Shown: one piece after another, positions 1 to 14,041 of the stretch
How positions within the stretch are numbered: position 1 is the stretch's first letter
Layout of the letters: every line of letters begins with the position of its first letter
NCBI GenBank assembly: GCA_963782115.1
Contig: CAWAIK010000001.1
Location: 704,001-768,000, forward strand
DNA: 64,000 bases
Source of the DNA: an uncultured Verrucomicrobiae bacterium
Lineage (GTDB): Bacteria; Verrucomicrobiota; Verrucomicrobiia; Chthoniobacterales; JAFAMB01
Direction of reading: 5' to 3'
The notes under the pieces: model-generated
Database searches by the model: none
What the model was told of the DNA's origin: nothing
What the model saw: the letters and a program-made list of their open reading frames with translations, nothing else
Translations under genes and position numbers: made by a program

Positions 1-253
1 GATATAGTTCATCCAACAATTCCTGGGTCACCAGCTCGGGCGCGCTGTGTTGCATGCCGTGGACCACCCGGTGCCCCACAGCCCGGACCGATTCGAACCG
101 ATTCGGCTCTTCGAGCCAATCGACCAGGAAATTCGCTGCCGATTTGTGGTCGGAGGTGGCGAGGCTGCGGCTCTCCTGCTGATTCCTGGTCGGGTCATTG
201 AACGTCAGATTTGTCCCGCTCAGGCCGATGCGGTCAATCTTTCCATAGAGCCC
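1..253 (-). pseudogene. ackA: Acetate kinase fragment lacking its N-terminus; runs off the window edge
   Basis: Manual minus-strand translation gives GLYGKIDRIGLSG...VRAVGHRVVHGMQHSAPELVTQELLDEL, containing the acetokinase GHRVVHG signature. There is no start codon; it is joined directly to the phosphorylase 3' end. Confidence 0.8.
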
Positions 254-1250
254 ACAGGATTTGCGCGGCTTCGAGAGGAACTGCCACGCCTTCGCGGTGC
301 GGTATCATTCGCGCCGTATAGTCCGCTTCTGGGCGGCCCGCAGACACAGCCGCGCTGTAAACGTAGCCGCTTGACGCACTGCCGAGTTGACGAACGCGCT
401 TCATCTCCTGCCACACGGGAGCACTGCCCATGACGCCGTCGGCGTAAAGCTCTACCCGCACTGCCTCCGGGTGAAAGTCATTGAGATAGACCTGAACCTC
501 GAACAGGTGTTGCTCGCCTCGGGTCTCAACCTTCACTTCGCCAAAGTGTAGCGTGGCCCATTTCTGTTCCAGACTGTGCTGCCAATCGGCCATTTGCCTG
601 CCGATCGCGCCTTGATTGGCAATTCGCAACTGGTAGGCCGTGGCAGCTGGGAGATAGTGTCCCTCGGTGTATTCGCGGACCGTGCGGCCGGCGGAGAAGC
701 GCGGTGTCAACCGGGACATGCTTTCCCGCATCCTTTTGATCCAGGCGGTCGGGATGCCGTTCTCGTCTCGGCTATAAAACTCCGGGATCACCTCGCGCTC
801 GAGCAGGCCATAAGGGGCGTTGGCTTCGACAGCGTCCCAAGCGGGATCGTCGCCATGCTCCCGTCCGTCCCCCAGTGCCCACCCCACGTCAGGCGTATAA
901 GCTTCCGCCCACCAGCCGTCCAATTCCGAGAGATTGATGCCTCCGTTGACGAGCACCTTCATGCCGCTTGTGCCGCTGGCCTCCCAAGGCCGCCGTGGGG
1001 TGTTGAGCCAGACATCAACGCCTTGCACCAAGTGCCCAGTCAAATGCATATCATAGTCACTGAGGAAGATCACATGAGGGCGGGCCTCGGGCCGCCGGAT
1101 GAAATGCGTCCATTCCTGAATCAAAGCTTGCCCCGCCTGGTCTGCCGGATGGGCCTTCCCAGCAAGGATGAGTTGCACCGGTCGTTGCGAATTGCTGAAC
1201 AGAGAAAGCAGTCGCTCTGGGTCGCGCAGCAGCAGATTCGGTCTCTTCGA
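234..1250 (-). pseudogene. glgP: Alpha-glucan (glycogen) phosphorylase, C-terminal fragment
   Basis: KRPNLLL...QLILAGKAHPAD, GVDVWLNTPRRPWEASGTSGMK (PLP lysine motif) and NLSELDGWW. Similarity stops near 1250, so the N-terminal part is missing. Confidence 0.9.
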
Positions 1251-1329
1251 ATTGTTCCCGATGCTTCCAGGTATGGCAGAAGCTGGGTTGAGACGGGTTG
1301 AAACCCTGGCTTCTAAATCCTGTAGCCCC

Positions 1330-1570
1330 TTCGATGCCGTTCGGACAGGCAGCTTTCAGACGTTGAGCCACTCCGGCTGGCGATGGTCGACGCAAGAATC
1401 GAAGCCGAGTTCGCCCTGAACGAAGCGGCATTTCTGTTCGCCTCCGGCAATGCCGACGACCCGGCAGCCTTTGATCCTGGCAATCTGGCCGACCACCGAA
1501 CCGACCGCGCCCGAGGCCGCAGCGACGACGACGGTCTCTCCGGGTTGCGGTTTTCCGATATTCAACAGCC
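1330..1570 (-). pseudogene. NADP-dependent oxidoreductase (MDR / prostaglandin reductase-like), internal fragment
   Basis: LLNIGKPQPGETVVVAAASGAVGSVVGQIARIKGCRVVGIAGG..KC, then LKAACPNGI in another frame; both ends are missing. Confidence 0.8.
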
Positions 1571-1638
1571 GGTAACACGATTTCTTCGGCCAGCACGCCG
1601 GGAGTTCCCGCACCGAGATCTTTTTTTGGCGGGTTTGT

Positions 1639-2025
1639 TCACTGCCAGGATAGATAGCCAAGTGTTGCAGCATATCCCGGCGGCAGACGGCGGCCGCGCC
1701 GGCCGCGAGGCCCGCGCTGGCCACGGCGGTCATTCGCGGCTGCTACCGTTTGCATTTGGCTAGAGGAGGGGCCGATCGCGGTTGCTTCAAGGCACCGCCC
1801 GTAAGAGTTGACGGTTCCGTAACCGCTAGCCGCCAGTGGACTTCCCACTCTAAAGAGGTTTGGAAAATGCATGCCAACCGGCGGTGGAACATGCGCAATC
1901 GTCCCATTATCCAAGACGGCTCCATCAATCTCGCCTCCTGGTGCATGGGTTAGCACTTTGATTGTACCGCCAAGAATCACTCCTTCCAGAACCGGAAGGT
2001 GACGCGCGCGCTGTTCGGTGATCAT
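1639..2025 (-). pseudogene. Chimeric fragment: short CBS-like remnant joined to a hypothetical protein
   Basis: The N-terminal MITEQRARHLPVLEG resembles a CBS-domain RHLPV motif; the rest (GEIDGAVLDNGTIAHVPP) appears unrelated. Confidence 0.35.
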
Positions 2026-2051
2026 GCAAAGGACAGTGGTCGAGCGAGGAC

Positions 2052-2732
2052 TTATTTCATGAAGGACTTGTAGTTCTCCTTGGTGATTTTCTGGTAGGGA
2101 ATCCAGACGTTACCGTCCAGCATTTTGGGATTGGGTTCTTTCTTGACCAGCAGATAGGCGGCATTGGCGGCCTCCTCGCCTTGCGCAACGGGATCCTGGA
2201 AGACGGTGTTGTTCAGTTCACCTTTGTCCATTGACTCCAAAGCGTCATGGGTGCCATCGGTGCCGCCCACGGGGATCTTGCCAATCTTCCTGGCGGCCTT
2301 AATGGCCTGCAAGGCCCCCAACGCCATCTCGTCATTGTTTGCAGCCACGCCGTCGATCTGCTGGCCGGAAGCCAGCCAGTCTTCCATGATCGTCTTGCCC
2401 GGCTCACGCTTCCAGTGGCCGGTCTGTTCGCGAGTGACCTTGATGTTGGGGAACTGTTCCTTGACGACTTGCTTAATCCCATCGGTACGGCCGTGGGCGG
2501 GTTCATCGCTCAGCTCACCGATCAGGATGGCCAGGTTGCCCTTGCCGCCCATGGCTTTACCCAGTTTCTCCATGTTCATGACCCCGGCGTCAATGGACTT
2601 GGACCCCACGTACACGACGCCCTTCGGCAGGTTCTCGGGCTTGCGGTTGACATACACCAGGGGTTTGCCGGTTTTGACGATGCCCTTGGTCATCGGTCCG
2701 GTTGCAGTGGTATCCACGGGAAGAATGACCAC
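2052..2732 (-). pseudogene. Sugar ABC transporter periplasmic binding protein (RbsB-like), 5'-truncated
   Basis: PLVYVNR, YVGS, ANNDEMALGALQA, GGTDGT and TVFQD motifs. The signal peptide and N-terminus are replaced by transposase-like DNA from about 2733. Confidence 0.85.
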
Positions 2733-4176
2733 GCAGCAAGCCATCCCGCTGTTTCACTTTGAGCGTAAGGAATCGAAAGACCTGCGCGCCCATCAAATGC
2801 GCCGCGAGCGACCAGTGCGCGATGCGGTGGTCTTCATTGGGATCGCTCAGGAAAAAGCCCACGCCTTCAGCGCTCATCGTCTACCCGGTAAACGGGCGGT
2901 CTTTGAAATTTGCGCGCAACAAATCGGTCTTGCCCAACTACTACTATTTCTATTTGGATGACGCGGATTGGGGCGAGTGCTTCATCAAAATCTGTAGTTA
3001 TGCCCCTTGGGGCCTGAAACTTTATCTCAACGGCCATGAGTGGCTCAAACGGCAATTGAGCAAAGAAGGCATTGATTTCGAAAGTTTGGACAATGGTTTT
3101 TTAGTTGCCAGAATCCGCAGCGACTGCAAACCCTGGCCAATGCAATGGGGCCGGCGCAGATCGAGGCCTTCCGCAAAAAATGGCTGAACCGATTGCCGAT
3201 GCCGCTCTCAGCCCAAGACCGCACGGCTGGCTACGACTATCGGCTCTCCATCTGGCAAATGGAATTCAGTCTCACTCAGATCGTCGATCGTCCGATGGCC
3301 GGTCGTCAGTTCTTCGAGGAAGTCATTCGCGACAACCTGGACTTGGGTCGGCCCGATCGAATTCAACTGATTTTCCCACGCAAGATCATCCGCACCACAC
3401 CGGGGAGTTTCCGCACACGGGTGTTGCGTGAGGGCGTCCATCCGAGTCTGCACATCAGCTACAAACGTTTTGATCTCAAACAATACTTTAAGGAAGGTCG
3501 CGGACTGCGGACCGAAGGCACCTTCCACGATCCGAGCGATTTCGGGGTCAACAAGGGAATCGAAAATATGCCCTACCTCAAAGATCTGGGCCGCGAGATC
3601 AACCGACGCCTGCTGGAATCGAGCGTGTCAGCCAGAACTGTGGTTTGAGCGCCGAGAGCATCCAAAGGGTGGTGCAACCGACCGTGACACAGGACGGTCA
3701 ACGAGCGCCGGGTTTGAAGTTTGGCGATCCGCGGGTGATGGCATTGATGCTCTCCCTGTCGGCCTTCGGCTGCCTAATCGACGGATTTCGCAGCCGGGAC
3801 TTGCGACACCGAGTGATGTGACAGCACTCATGGGTGTTGGGCTGGAGCAATATAGCGTCGGCCAGATGAGTTATGATCTTCGACGCCTGATCCGCAAGGG
3901 GATCATCTGTCGGGTCTGCGGGAGCCAGCGCTGTTATCTGAGTCCCTACGGCTGGAAGCTGGCACGATTGTACGCACGCTTGGAGGCCAGAGTATTTCGC
4001 CCGGCGCTGACCGTCATGAACGCACCGCCGGTTGGAGAACCCGGTCCATTGAACAAGGCAGTGCAAATCATCGATACCGAAATAGACCGATTGTTAGCTC
4101 AGGTGTTTCCCATGCGCAAAGCTGCCTGAAAAACCCGGCTCATTTGGGCCAACTTTTTGACATAACGAACGGTTAG
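2733..4176 (+). mobile_element. Degraded transposase-like gene (DNLDLGRPD / LKQYFKEGR family with C-terminal winged helix), frameshifted
   Basis: Four overlapping + frames give VVFIGIAQEK, NYYYFYLDDADWG..FIKICSYAPW..LYLNGHEW, FFEEVIRDNLDLGRPD..LKQYFKEGRGLRTE and QMSYDLRRL. It abuts a truncated gene. The 3' end is tentatively placed at GGTTAG near 4176. Confidence 0.6.
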
Positions 4177-4189
4177 CGCGATGTATCCG

Positions 4190-4831
4190 GAAGGACCGGG
4201 ACGAGGACGAGAGAACTTGGAACTCGAACTCCGGTTCGCTGCGCTGATCTATCTAGATGTGGCTCTAGGCGTAGGCCGTTTCTATCGAAAGGACTGTCTT
4301 TGTGACCTTTGTGATCTTCTGTGCAAATGATTTTCTTCGTTCCCCCGGCACTAAGACAGGAAAAAAAGCAAAAGTCATTTTTGAACAGAAGATCGCAAAG
4401 ATCACAAAGCGTCACTGTCTTTAAGGCCATCGGAGGCACGTGGGCCTGCGTTGTCTAAATCGCGATCAGCAACGAACGAAACGCTCGTTAATCCCCACTC
4501 GTCCTCTTGTTCTGAAATCGTAATCGTCCTTATAGTCGTCGTTCTCGACTTCAATGGAAGGGGGAAACCCGCCGATTGCCGACAACGTTCAAAGATCGAG
4601 GACGAAGGACGACCACGACGACGATTAGGAAGCAAGCTTCGATACATAGTCCCCCATCTCGATTCCCTGCCCTCTCTCCCGATCGTTCTCGTCCTTCGTC
4701 GTCGTTCTTCGTCCTCGATTTCTTCGGCACGAGCGAGGCTCGGGTTTGCTTCCTCCGTCCGGTGTCTTTTCTCCGCGGGAACGCTTTTAGCCAGCAACAT
4801 CCATGATCGAGGACGAGACGATTGGGAGAGG
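4190..4831. repeat. Cluster of REP-like intergenic inverted repeats
   Basis: CTTTGTGACCTTTGTGATCTTCTGT (~4299) is inverted with ACAGAAGATCGCAAAGATCACAAAG (~4385). Several GAGGACGA/TCGTCCTC and CGACGACGA/TCGTCGTCG units occur in both orientations. Confidence 0.55.
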
Positions 4832-4919
4832 TCCTACACCGGGCTAAACAGATACGAGAATGGAACTATACAATTCGTCCAAATACATTAGATATTTGAT
4901 ACACTTATTTCATCACGCG

Positions 4920-4955
4920 CCCTTAAAGGATATTTTTACATCAATCTGGGCGGGA
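4920..4955 (+). repeat. 36-bp dispersed repeat, copy 1
   Basis: CCCTTAAAGGATATTTTTACATCAATCTGGGCGGGA, 34/36 identical to 18391-18426. Confidence 0.8.
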
Positions 4956-5305
4956 GCCCTGATCGGCAGATCTTTAGCTCGCGGGGGGATCGGGATGTTG
5001 TACACCCTCGCCAGTTCTTCTTCGTTGGTCGTTCGGCGGTAGCGGCTGAGAAAATCAGGTGGTAGATCACCACGCCGGTTGCGTCCTCCGGGGAAACGGA
5101 AATGCGGTGACCATGAATCCTGCAAGGCTCCGCGCTTGGGAGGAACTTGGCGCGGTTCTGGTGCAAATCCTTGAAAAGGCCGCTGTCGGCCCCCGGAGGC
5201 TCAATCGAGCTCGGCGCAGGATCTATTCAAGGGGCGGCATTTTGACAAGGTATTTGGTTTCGAAATTTTCTTTAAGCGTGATATCCTCACCTTATTCCAA
5301 CCAGT

Positions 5306-6520
5306 ATGTGTTGTCGTTTTCTCGCGTTGGTAGTGTTCTTACCTCTGCTGATAGCAGGATGCAACAAGCCACAAAAACAGGCAGAGATTAACTCGACCCC
5401 GACTCGGGCCACAGACGACGGTTCGCCAGTGCCGGCTACTCCAACACCTGTGGCGTTGACAACACCCACGCCGGCTCCGGCTATCGACCGAAACGCTCGA
5501 GTCATGATACTTTGCTATCACCGTTTCGAGGATAGGCCGCACGACAGCCTCGCGATCTCGCCTGCGGAGTTTAGGGCGCAAATGCAGGCGCTAAAAGAGA
5601 ACGGGATCGCGGTCATACCGATGAAAGATTTTTTGGCGTGGCGGCAGGGGGAAAAGAATATTCCGCTTCGGAGCTGCATCATCACTATCGATGACGGTTA
5701 CGTCTCCGGTTACAGCGTTGCCTGGCCGATCTTGAAGCAGTACGGTTACCCGTGCACCATGTTCATTTACACGAATTACGTGAACGTAGGCGGTAAGTCG
5801 ATCCCCTGGGCCCAGCTGGAGGAGATGCGCGATGCTGGTGTCGATATCGAAAGTCTTACTGTGTCTCACCACGATCTTCGACACGCCCCGAAGGGACAGG
5901 ATTACAACACCTGGCTGCACAATGAGATCTACACCTCCAAGCGGATTTTGGAAGACAAATTAGGAATTAATGTTACGGGGTTAGCCCTTCCGTATGGAAC
6001 TTACAACGAGACCGTTCGAAAGGTTGCCTTGGAGGCAGGCTACCAAGCTCTCTTCACTCTGGACGGTCGGCATATGGGCATCGATGCGCCTGCAGATAAT
6101 CTTGGTTGCTATGCGATTGAGTCAAACAAGTCGGAAATTTTCAAGGCGGCCATGGACTTTAGGCTCGGCCGCGATAACCCTGCAGCAGAATCGATCCAGC
6201 TTGCCGCCGCTCCGATGGTGACGCAGCCGATGAACGGTCAGCACATCAATGATTCGACCCCAACAATAAAAGCGAACCTGGCGACTATGGGTGAAGTCGA
6301 CGCCAATTCTGTGCAAATACGTGTGAGCGGAGTCGGGCTTGTTCCAGCAAATTACAAACCGAAGAGCAAAGTTGTGACCTATGCTTGCACTGAAAAACTT
6401 TTACCAAAAACTTACACAGTCGTTCTCTCGGCCAGAGTGAAGGGGCGGAAACTTGAAACCCGCTGGAGCTTCACAGTTGATCGGGAATATGAAACCCAAA
6501 CGAAATCGTCTCAACGCTAG
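5306..6520 (+). CDS. Polysaccharide deacetylase (CE4/NodB-like) lipoprotein with a C-terminal beta-rich domain
   Basis: Lipobox IAGC, Pro/Thr linker, ILCYHRF, ITIDDGY, SHHDL and LPYG motifs; 404 aa and uninterrupted. Confidence 0.9.
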   Translation: MCCRFLALVVFLPLLIAGCNKPQKQAEINSTPTRATDDGSPVPATPTPVALTTPTPAPAIDRNARVMILCYHRFEDRPHDSLAISPAEFRAQMQALKENGIAVIPMKDFLAWRQGEKNIPLRSCIITIDDGYVSGYSVAWPILKQYGYPCTMFIYTNYVNVGGKSIPWAQLEEMRDAGVDIESLTVSHHDLRHAPKGQDYNTWLHNEIYTSKRILEDKLGINVTGLALPYGTYNETVRKVALEAGYQALFTLDGRHMGIDAPADNLGCYAIESNKSEIFKAAMDFRLGRDNPAAESIQLAAAPMVTQPMNGQHINDSTPTIKANLATMGEVDANSVQIRVSGVGLVPANYKPKSKVVTYACTEKLLPKTYTVVLSARVKGRKLETRWSFTVDREYETQTKSSQR

Positions 6521-7973
6521 GGATCTGTTGCAGATAGGTGCAAGTACCTGCTCGCATACACTTAATATTAAACGTGCGCGATCATTGGAATGGATTCGCC
6601 GTTGCCCTTTATACCTTGTGGCGCCAAGGCTTGGGGCATGGCTCCCAATCGATCACCCCATTACCCGCTTTTTTGCCGCCGCTGGTTTGCCGACAAACGT
6701 GATCATTACCCGCGTGCTGTGGTATTTGGGCTCTCGGGAGTTTCGCTCTGCGCCAGACAATCCAGTCTAAGAGAAGATTGCAGCCAAAAGACCATTACAA
6801 GATCTCTGCAGGAGTACTCTACAGAGAATAGATCAAGTTAAGCCATGAGACCGATCGGGGCGCGGTTGCGCAATCCGATGAGGTCGGGGCGGTTCGCCGC
6901 GCGGTGCCGTCTTCGGCGGCCGCTTTGATGATCGGAATGCTGTCGAGTAGCGTGCGGGCCTTGTCGGCCGTGAGGACCGGTGTCTGAGGAGAGAGGAAAG
7001 GGACAGAGGAAGATCACATTTTTTTGCTTGGACACTTCTCAGACCGTTTTTGAGCACTAATCTACGGAGGTGTGATCAGCCATTCGCGAAATGTCGTGCC
7101 TTCCGAAACCTAAGACCGTAGCTTTTTTGAAAACATGCCTCCGACGATTCCGGCGATGGTGAACCCAGTCAGAGTTGCCTCGACCTTTTCGCCCCACTGA
7201 CCAATAGACCGAAGTGCCTAACGCTTTAAAAATGCAGGTTCTGTACCTTCCGGAAACGGGGGGGAGGATGTCTCTTCGCCCCCAAGCTTCAAGTAAATCG
7301 AGCAGCAGATTCGGAAGAAGCATCGGAAGTGATGAAACATCCTTAAGTCAATCCGTGATTAGCAGCGAGAACTAAGAGCGATGTGGAAAGCGGTTCAAGC
7401 TGTCCATCGATCCGATCCCGTTGTTTGATGAGCGCATTGGACTCGAGCAAAACTTGAGCGTCGGCTGCGAGCGTATCGTTCCTCCCCATGCGCGGCTCCA
7501 CTCGCCTTCGCTCCACTGATCCAAGTCAATTTCATGCGGGGAACCGGGAGCAAGCGGCCGTATGGCCCGCCCGGGCGCAAGCCTGTGGAGCAGCATATTT
7601 CTCATGGCCTTGAGCACGGTCATTTCCGACGAACCCAGGCAAGCCCTATAGCGTAACGGTAAACCCTTCGGTTGGCTCAAAGATCTGAAAACGACGCAGA
7701 ACCTCCGCGGGGTCTATGGGCTTTTTGTTGATGTCGAACTTTGTGCCGTCTATTCCGACACCCACGTAGTAACTCGAAAAACAGAAGCTCTCCAATGCTG
7801 ACAGTGCGTTCTCGAAGAAATCGAACAGAACTTGATTCTCGATCGGCAGGCGAGTCACGAGTTCTGCTCCGCGATTCGGGTAATTGACGAGTTCCTTTGA
7901 CGTGCTGCTGCTCTGCGACGGCCAGCCCGTGCTGAGCGGCGGCAAACTCAAAGCCGCCGAGTTTTTGAACACG

Positions 7974-8252
7974 TTAGGCAATTCCGCGTTGCACTGGGTC
8001 TTTAGGGAGATAATCCGCCAATTCAGGATATTTCTCGCCATAGGATTGAACCAGCGCCCTTGCTTCCGCCAGCGTTTTCTCTGCATTTCGGAAACTGGCA
8101 AGATGCTTGTTAACGAGGGCGTCTATGGTGCCGAGCGTCGATCCTCGCGCGCCGACTGCTTTATCGAGCTTTTTGACGGTATCTTTCGCAGCCGGTTTTT
8201 TGGCGCGTTCTACTGTTTTGCGAGACTGGGGGATGACTGGTTTTTGGGCCAT
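7974..8252 (-). CDS. Hypothetical protein, possibly continuing by frameshift into 7646-7970
   Basis: ATG ORF downstream of clpC with protein-like composition; no recognisable motif. Confidence 0.3.
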   Translation of the reverse strand: MAQKPVIPQSRKTVERAKKPAAKDTVKKLDKAVGARGSTLGTIDALVNKHLASFRNAEKTLAEARALVQSYGEKYPELADYLPKDPVQRGIA

Positions 8253-8381
8253 GAGTTTCTAAGACTCTTTTACGGACAGCGACGTCGATTTCCAGCCAAA
8301 ATGGACTGGTGGTGGAGGCGGTAATGCTCCACCCCTCGTTCCGGCGTGCTGCTGCATCAGCCCCGACTCCCGTTTGCCGTT

Positions 8382-10838
<2,457 letters not shown>

Positions 10839-11380
10839 AGCGCTTCCGATGCTGAGCCCGCCGCCTGACCTGGTTGAAAGTTGATACGACGCCGACACTT
10901 CAACATTTACCATCAAAGGTAAAAACAATCGAACATTACGATGAATAATAATCGCGATCTTTTCACGGGACATCTCACCGCAGAGCTCGAACTTAACTGA
11001 CCACCGAAATGCACCGCAATGGTTAATGCGTCATCGCGCAGCTAAACAAGATTCTAGACTTCCGAAGTAGACGCTAAGATCTGCGAAAACTGTGGCGAGA
11101 ATGAGGCCGTTCGATGAGTGGCAGTGTTTTAGAGTACTCCAACTATTATAACAACTATAGCGGGTTCGGGCTGTACCTCTAGAATAATTTAGAGTATTGA
11201 AGAGCAGAGGGGTCCGCTCATTGGGCGCGGTTAGAGAAAAGGCGGAGATTGACAAAGAGCAAATGTGGTCTTACACTCAAGGACTTGTCAGATTAGGTGA
11301 CGCTGAACTCAACGCTTTTTTTCATCTATTAGGTATAAACTCAAAAATAGTAGATTGATTTAAGCTCCTATTTGATAACG

Positions 11381-11420
11381 CAAGCACCCGGTGATGTGAA
11401 GCGGCGGGTGCTTGTTTTTT
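11381..11420 (+). terminator. Putative Rho-independent terminator
   Basis: 10-bp stem CAAGCACCCG (11381-11390) / CGGGTGCTTG (11405-11414) followed by TTTTTT. Confidence 0.6.
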
Positions 11421-11587
11421 ATAGGGTTAGTTCTCATTAGCCAGCCCAATCTGAAGGGATCGGCTTGCGGGTTTCCCGGCCACTCCAAGGCCAGTTCTCT
11501 CGTTTCGGGCTGAAACTGCTAAATCGAACGCAAACTCCCGGGACTCCGGAAACCTTATCCACCAGTCGACAGCAAACCTCCGACTGG

Positions 11588-11701
11588 TCGTTAGATGCTC
11601 CGATCAGCGAAGATGATTCAACCGAATTTGGCCAGATCGTCGCTGATGAAGATGCGCAGACGCCGTTCGAGTTGTTCAGAGACAAGAACATGCGCGACGT
11701 T
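11588..11701 (+). pseudogene. Sigma-70 family factor fragment (region 3.2)
   Basis: SLDAPISEDDSTEFGQIVADEDAQTPFELFRDKNMRD matches the RpoD/RpoS SLDAPI...D...P linker; the flanks are unrelated. Confidence 0.75.
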
Positions 11702-12561
11702 TGCAATGAAACAAAAACACAGCTCGACAGCAGACTGTGTGGCGGCGTTCCACCACTTTATGACTGGCCAAAAGGGGACCCTTTAGCGTAGCCTTTGACG
11801 CCAATGTCAGATTCCGAACTTGCCGTTGCTTCGCCAGATTCTTTCGCAACTCCAACCATCATCACGCGCGCCGGCGTAAACTTCCGGATTCTTTCTAAAA
11901 TGTGTTTGATGTGAGATGCGCTGAATTATTGCGATTAACCGGCTGGAGCGAGTAGCCGAAGAACTGGCCGAATGTCAAATAATTAGCAAACCGGATAACG
12001 ATAAGGTTTCGTTTTACAACTTATCTGGCAGAAATCGATTCACAGCAAATGAGGTCGGAAGGCTTTGCGCATAGTAGCGTGGGGAGCTCATCCAGCTAAA
12101 CGTCCATTCGCCGGTCTCCAATCGGAATTCTCACCCAATTGGGTAATTGTTTAGCCGAGGAAGGTGCTTTCTACTTACCTGCCATGGATTATAATTGCTG
12201 AGAGAAAATGGAGCCGCGGTGGTTTCAAGCGCATTCACAGCCGAATCAAGCTATGACGTCTTCCTGAGTCATAACTCAAAGACTATTTCATCGAGAAATC
12301 ATTACTAGGACAACCTGTAAGTGAAAGAAGTGATTGTATGTGCAACCGCCTAACTATCTTCATCGCTCTGGCTGGTGTTGCTTTGATAGCCAGAGACATT
12401 AACGCTGGGTCAGCCGTCGTGACGCAAGGGAAGTTCACGAACGTGTACGTCTATCCCAACTCGGACACTGAGACCTGGGAACAGCACATGGACCGTTTGC
12501 GGCCGACGGACGCGCCCAAATTCTCGCGTGCGTCGATCGACAATTTTACCGGGGGAACTAA

Positions 12562-14041
12562 TTTGACTTTGTAATTTTTAAATTGACGTTTTCCCGAATT
12601 TTTGCTGACTTGACTCTCAGCTCTAATGGAGAAGCAATTCTAAATCCGAAGAACATAGTGAAATCAAGAAGAGCCCCCTGAGAGGGGTGGCAGATCGATT
12701 TCTAAGTTTTGTGATGAGTTACGCCGAGCATTTTATAAGTTATCGGCGGGATGTGTCTGAGAAGGCTAGGCAGTATGCTTCCGGCTTGATGCAGGCAGGC
12801 TCGCGTAAAAATATCTACGCGATTTCAGAGGTAGTGCCGGAGACCGACGAACGAAATCTGCAGCAGTTTATCACTCACTCTAAATGGAGCACGCGTGAAG
12901 TGCTTGATCATGTGGCACGCGATGCAGATGAGTTGATCGGGGATACAACGGACGCCGCGCTGATTATCGACGAGAGTGGGTTTGCCAAACAAGGCAAGAT
13001 GTCTGTCGGCGCCAGTCGTCAATACCTAGGGCGATTGGGTAAGGTCGATAATGGGCAGGTGGCAGTCTTCGGAGTTTTGGCCAAGGGACGTTTTGCCACA
13101 GCCATTGATACTCGGCTCTACTTGCCCAAAGAATGGACCGATGATCCGCAGCGATGCAACCGGGCTGGCATCCCGGAAAGCGAACAGGTCTTTAAGACCA
13201 AAAACCAACTGGCTCTGGAAATCGTTGAGCAGGCCCGTCGCAACGGAGTGCGCTTTGGCTGGGTTGGAGCCGATGCGGGCTATGGCAGCGGTCCGGATTT
13301 TCTCTTTGCTTTGGAGGATGGCGGCCACAACTTCCTGGTCGACGTTCACAAGAGCTTCATGGTCTACGAGATTGATCCGCAGCCCGCCATTCCACCAGAG
13401 CCTTCAAGTAAGGGGCCCAAAGCAAGGCGCAAGATTACCGGAAAGAAGGGTCTGAGCGTCGAGGAGTTGGTGGAATCATACTCCCTGAAAGATTGGAAGA
13501 TTTGCAATGTCAGAGAAACTACTCGGGGCTCGCTCAAACTTCGGGTGTTACGTAAGAGCGTAGATGTGTGGGACAAGCAGAGCGAGCAGGCGCGTCGCTA
13601 TGAACTCTTGGTCACCGAGAACATGGACGGAGAAGATCGGAAGTATTCATTGACCAACCTAAATCCGTCGACCTCGACGCGGCGTCTAAGCTGGATGCAG
13701 AGACAACGCTATTGGGTAGAACGGTGCTTTGAGGATGGCAAGGGTCAGTGCGGCATGGCGGACTACCAGGTGCGCCTTTGGAATGCGTGGCACCATCATA
13801 TGGCACTGGTGATGATGGCAATGCTCTTCATGCTGACCGAAAAACTCCAGATGAAAGACCAATGCCCTTTGCTAAGTTGCGCGGACATCGAGAAGTTGCT
13901 AGCGGCATTCCTACCGCGAAAGGACGCGAGCCCAGAGCAAGTCTATAGTCATATGAAGCGTCGCCACGAAATGCGAAGACGAGCGATCGAGTCTCACGCC
14001 AAATGCAATGCGCAGCGGCGATCTAAAGTAACGTAGTCAAA
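12562..14041 (+). mobile_element. IS701-family insertion sequence, copy 1 (1480 bp)
   Basis: Ends TTTGAC...GTCAAA, 4-bp target duplication CTAA (12558-12561, 14042-14045). Same length and same translated transposase as the copy at 55792. Confidence 0.92.
12687..14036 (+). CDS. IS701-family DDE transposase
   Basis: LIIDESGFAKQG..SVG..RQYLG..GKVDNGQV, ADAGYG, RYWVERCFEDGKGQCG.ADYQVR and W.HH motifs. Confidence 0.93.
   Translation: MADRFLSFVMSYAEHFISYRRDVSEKARQYASGLMQAGSRKNIYAISEVVPETDERNLQQFITHSKWSTREVLDHVARDADELIGDTTDAALIIDESGFAKQGKMSVGASRQYLGRLGKVDNGQVAVFGVLAKGRFATAIDTRLYLPKEWTDDPQRCNRAGIPESEQVFKTKNQLALEIVEQARRNGVRFGWVGADAGYGSGPDFLFALEDGGHNFLVDVHKSFMVYEIDPQPAIPPEPSSKGPKARRKITGKKGLSVEELVESYSLKDWKICNVRETTRGSLKLRVLRKSVDVWDKQSEQARRYELLVTENMDGEDRKYSLTNLNPSTSTRRLSWMQRQRYWVERCFEDGKGQCGMADYQVRLWNAWHHHMALVMMAMLFMLTEKLQMKDQCPLLSCADIEKLLAAFLPRKDASPEQVYSHMKRRHEMRRRAIESHAKCNAQRRSKVT

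Noticed and set aside
10839..10973. 45-aa N-terminal extension of ClpC in the ORF track
   Set aside because: ClpC similarity begins at MMNDFTPR; the upstream part looks like an open-frame artefact.
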